64,000 bases of DNA from a virus: positions 32,001 to 96,000 of the IMG/VR virus record IMGVR_UViG_3300042503_000838; one strand, written 5' to 3'. Numbering within the stretch: the first letter of the stretch is position 1; the number at the start of each line of letters is the position of its first letter. Made by a program: the position numbers and the translations under genes. The notes below the pieces were generated by a model that saw only the letters and a list, made by a program, of their open reading frames with translations, was not told where the DNA came from and did not search any database. Below, piece after piece: positions 61,809 to 64,000 of the stretch.

Positions 61809-62110
61809 TGACAACCAAAGCTCAATTCATCTATCAAGTTGGCGACCGTGTTGCCGAACGACCCAAGACTCATGGCTTGATTGCAATCAGGCAAGAGGTT
61901 AAGGATCGTATTGCTCAGTACCGCAACCAGCGGTACGGCACTGTAATTGAAGTGGTCACCAAGCAATTGAAGAGTAAGCGCACCATGAAGATGTTGCGTG
62001 TTCAATGGGATCACCTCAAGACACCAACGGAACATGCGCAATGTCGCATCTGTCCTGTTGAAGTATTCCCTCAACTCATGGATCAAACCTGTGCATTACT
62101 TGGAGAATGA
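61808..62110 (+). CDS. SH3/KOW-like hypothetical protein
   Basis: YQVGDRVAERP...YGTVIEV...VQWD. Confidence 0.65.
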   Translation: MTTKAQFIYQVGDRVAERPKTHGLIAIRQEVKDRIAQYRNQRYGTVIEVVTKQLKSKRTMKMLRVQWDHLKTPTEHAQCRICPVEVFPQLMDQTCALLGE

Positions 62111-62439
62111 CAATGACTAATCATCCCATCACCCCACCTCGCGAACTTATGGAGCAGTGGGCCTCGGAAAAATGCTACGACGAACGCGACTGGCTTTATG
62201 AATTTCATATTGCCACACGCGCTGCCCAGTGGGGTAGCGACCAGGAGCTGGAGGCTTGCTGCGAGTGGGTGGAAGATTACGCAGAGTGCGGTAATTCGCT
62301 TCGCCTCGCCCGCCGCCCCAAGTCGCCGAGCTTGAACAGTATTGCGATGCAGATGCTGGGGACGATTGAGCGCGATGGCCACTACATCCCTGAGATCACT
62401 GACACCATCCGCCGCGCCCTAGAGGCCCTCGATGACTGA
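62107..62439 (+). CDS. Paralog of 57474..57851
   Basis: HPITPP...AAQWGSDQELEACCEW...RRP...SL...IRRALEAL. Confidence 0.7.
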   Translation: MTMTNHPITPPRELMEQWASEKCYDERDWLYEFHIATRAAQWGSDQELEACCEWVEDYAECGNSLRLARRPKSPSLNSIAMQMLGTIERDGHYIPEITDTIRRALEALDD

Positions 62440-62920
62440 CCCCACCCCCACCGACTGGCGAGCGCTGTGCGCTGAGCTGCTGGAGATTGCAGAGATGTAC
62501 TCCGATGGCGGTCCGGATTACGCTTTATTTGAGCGAGTACTTGCTCGTGCCCGCGCCGCCCTGGCCCAGCCCGAGCCGCAGGGGCCGACGGATGAAGAGC
62601 TGCACGACCTGTGGGATCAGGAAGGCCCTGAGGCTGACTTCCAAGAGTGCCGCCGCTTTGCCCGCGCTGTCCTTACCCGCTGGGGCCGCCCCGCCATCGA
62701 GCCGGTGCCGGAACAGACTGACTTAATTCTTAGGTCTATCAGAAAGAACACACCGCGTTACAGAATGTCTGTCATTGTTAGTACATATGACAGCGCAATT
62801 GACGCCAGGATGCATGTTATCTGGTCTGCTCTTGATCTAAACAAAGAAATCCTTGAGTCAGTTTCAATTCCCGAACAACTTCCACCACTGGGCGCTGCCG
62901 GTGCCACAGCAGGAGGCTGA
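62432..62920 (+). CDS. Cyanophage hypothetical (TDWRALCAELL...ARAALAQPEPQGPTDEEL)
   Basis: ORF track; GC-rich modular segment. Confidence 0.7.
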   Translation: MTDPTPTDWRALCAELLEIAEMYSDGGPDYALFERVLARARAALAQPEPQGPTDEELHDLWDQEGPEADFQECRRFARAVLTRWGRPAIEPVPEQTDLILRSIRKNTPRYRMSVIVSTYDSAIDARMHVIWSALDLNKEILESVSIPEQLPPLGAAGATAGG

Positions 62921-63139
62921 GTGATGGCTGACCTCTCCCCCGCCGCGCAGGTGGTGCTGGACGCTGCCGATGCGTTTAGCTGTCCTGGTCCAGATGACTG
63001 TCTCAACGATGTTTCAAAGGTTGTTGCCGCCGCTCTTCGCGCTGCTGTTGAGATCTACTCCGAAGAAGGAAACGGTGAAGGGCCTCAGTGGTTTCTCGTT
63101 ATCGCCGCTGAACTAGAAAACATCCAGCCGCTGAGCTAA
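62921..63139 (+). CDS. Cyanophage hypothetical (LSPAAQ.VLDAA)
   Basis: ORF track. Confidence 0.65.
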   Translation: MMADLSPAAQVVLDAADAFSCPGPDDCLNDVSKVVAAALRAAVEIYSEEGNGEGPQWFLVIAAELENIQPLS

Positions 63140-63148
63140 AAAACACCC

Positions 63149-63442
63149 ATGGCTAAAGTCAGTTACCTCACCAGGAAGATGTCTGATAAAGACTTCTATC
63201 TGTCCCAGGCATCAAGGCCACGGCCAGTCAATGCATTTAGCAAATACCGTGGCGTAAGTAAAGGCAACAAAGGTATGTATCGTGCCGTGTTGACTTTCAA
63301 AGGTAAGCGTTATTACCTTGGCAACTATGAAGATGAACTAGATGCAGCACGTGCCTATAACAAGGCAGCGCTTGCAATCATTGGTGACTATGCTTTAATC
63401 AATGAACTATCAGAAGAATCCAACGCAATTAAACAACAATGA
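63149..63442 (+). CDS. Stand-alone AP2-domain DNA-binding protein
   Basis: SKYRGVS...YRA.L...GKRYYLG.YEDELDAARAYNKAA...G.YA.IN. Confidence 0.85.
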   Translation: MAKVSYLTRKMSDKDFYLSQASRPRPVNAFSKYRGVSKGNKGMYRAVLTFKGKRYYLGNYEDELDAARAYNKAALAIIGDYALINELSEESNAIKQQ

Positions 63443-63678
63443 ACCCAGGAGAACAACGTTGCCCCAAATGCCACGGTATCATGCGTCTTGTTATGCAAGA
63501 GCAGACGTATAACAAACGTGCTAAACGTAAACGTCATGAATGCTACGAATGCAAACACAGGAGTACAAGTTACGCAGTGAGCGATGAATTCTTTCAGCAG
63601 TTAATTGCTGCACATGATATTGTGCAGCGGCTTCAAGGATTTTACTTTGACCATTGCGATCCATTGGAAGATGACTGA
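63439..63678 (+). CDS. Zn-ribbon protein
   Basis: CPKC...KRKRHECYEC.HRSTSY. Confidence 0.7.
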   Translation: MNPGEQRCPKCHGIMRLVMQEQTYNKRAKRKRHECYECKHRSTSYAVSDEFFQQLIAAHDIVQRLQGFYFDHCDPLEDD

Positions 63679-63820
63679 CCCAAAAGAGAGGCTGTGTTCT
63701 CAGCAGATTGAAAAACTAATTGAAGACTACAAAGAACCAGGGAAAGCTAGGCAGTTCCTTATGGATGCCGGGATCATTGATGCGGATGGTAACTTAATGC
63801 CACCGTACCAACCTATTTGA
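63671..63820 (+). CDS. Small hypothetical protein (KARQFLMDAGIIDADGNL.PPY)
   Basis: ORF track 63605..63820; in-frame ATG at 63671. Confidence 0.6.
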   Translation: MTDPKERLCSQQIEKLIEDYKEPGKARQFLMDAGIIDADGNLMPPYQPI

Positions 63821-63822
63821 AT

Positions 63823-64000
63823 ATGGATTACTCCGTTAAGCAAATAGCTATTGAATCATGGGAAGCACTTGCTCTTGGCGGTTTAGATACACGGGAGTAC
63901 GTACATGCAATGCTGTACATCCGCAACGCCTTGGAGTTTGTTCCAGATGATTTGATGAGTGAGGTGGTGGATGGTGAGTACTCTCGCGTACTGACCTACC
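63823..64000 (+). CDS. Hypothetical protein, truncated by the window edge
   Basis: Manual translation is open from ATG 63823 to the end. Confidence 0.5.
   Translation, partial: MDYSVKQIAIESWEALALGGLDTREYVHAMLYIRNALEFVPDDLMSEVVDGEYSRVLTY

Noticed and set aside
1-64000. Alternative genetic code / stop reassignment
   Set aside because: Core genes (TerL, portal, capsid, thyX, dcd) translate full length in the standard code, and no suppressor tRNA was found.

Overview
Entirely cyanophage DNA, apparently from two unrelated phage genomes joined inside a tail-fibre block. (A) About 1-8.8/9.9 kb, minus strand: the right end of a T7-like cyanopodovirus. It has small late genes, a GH73+C39 endolysin, a holin-like peptide, TerS, HNH, an NblA-like gene, T7 gp19-type TerL, thyX, a repeat-rich terminal region, and then the first early genes running off the window start. 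(B) About 9.9-64 kb: a larger cyanophage whose gene content recalls, from memory and unverified, the Synechococcus phage S-EIV1-like lineage. Its mostly minus-strand late region (to ~52 kb) encodes several tail fibres, a collagen-like fibre next to a glycosyltransferase-methyltransferase fusion, three peptidoglycan hydrolases, major capsid, scaffold, portal, a second unrelated TerL, putative ejection proteins, dCTP deaminase, an atypical adenine MTase-like protein and a second NblA-like protein. Its plus-strand early region (52.5-64 kb) holds many small ORFs, a PcfJ-like gene and a tRNA-Leu(UAA). The most striking unexplained signal is in the early region, where gene boundaries carry families of small structured elements: a 3-copy H-type pseudoknot with compensatory changes, a tRNA acceptor+T-arm mimic, a 2-copy bistable nested hairpin starting at stop codons, and an exact 30-nt repeat bracketing a gene. 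Also notable is a 611-nt out-of-frame overlap between portal and scaffold. All product calls come from motif recognition by eye; no database searches were run.
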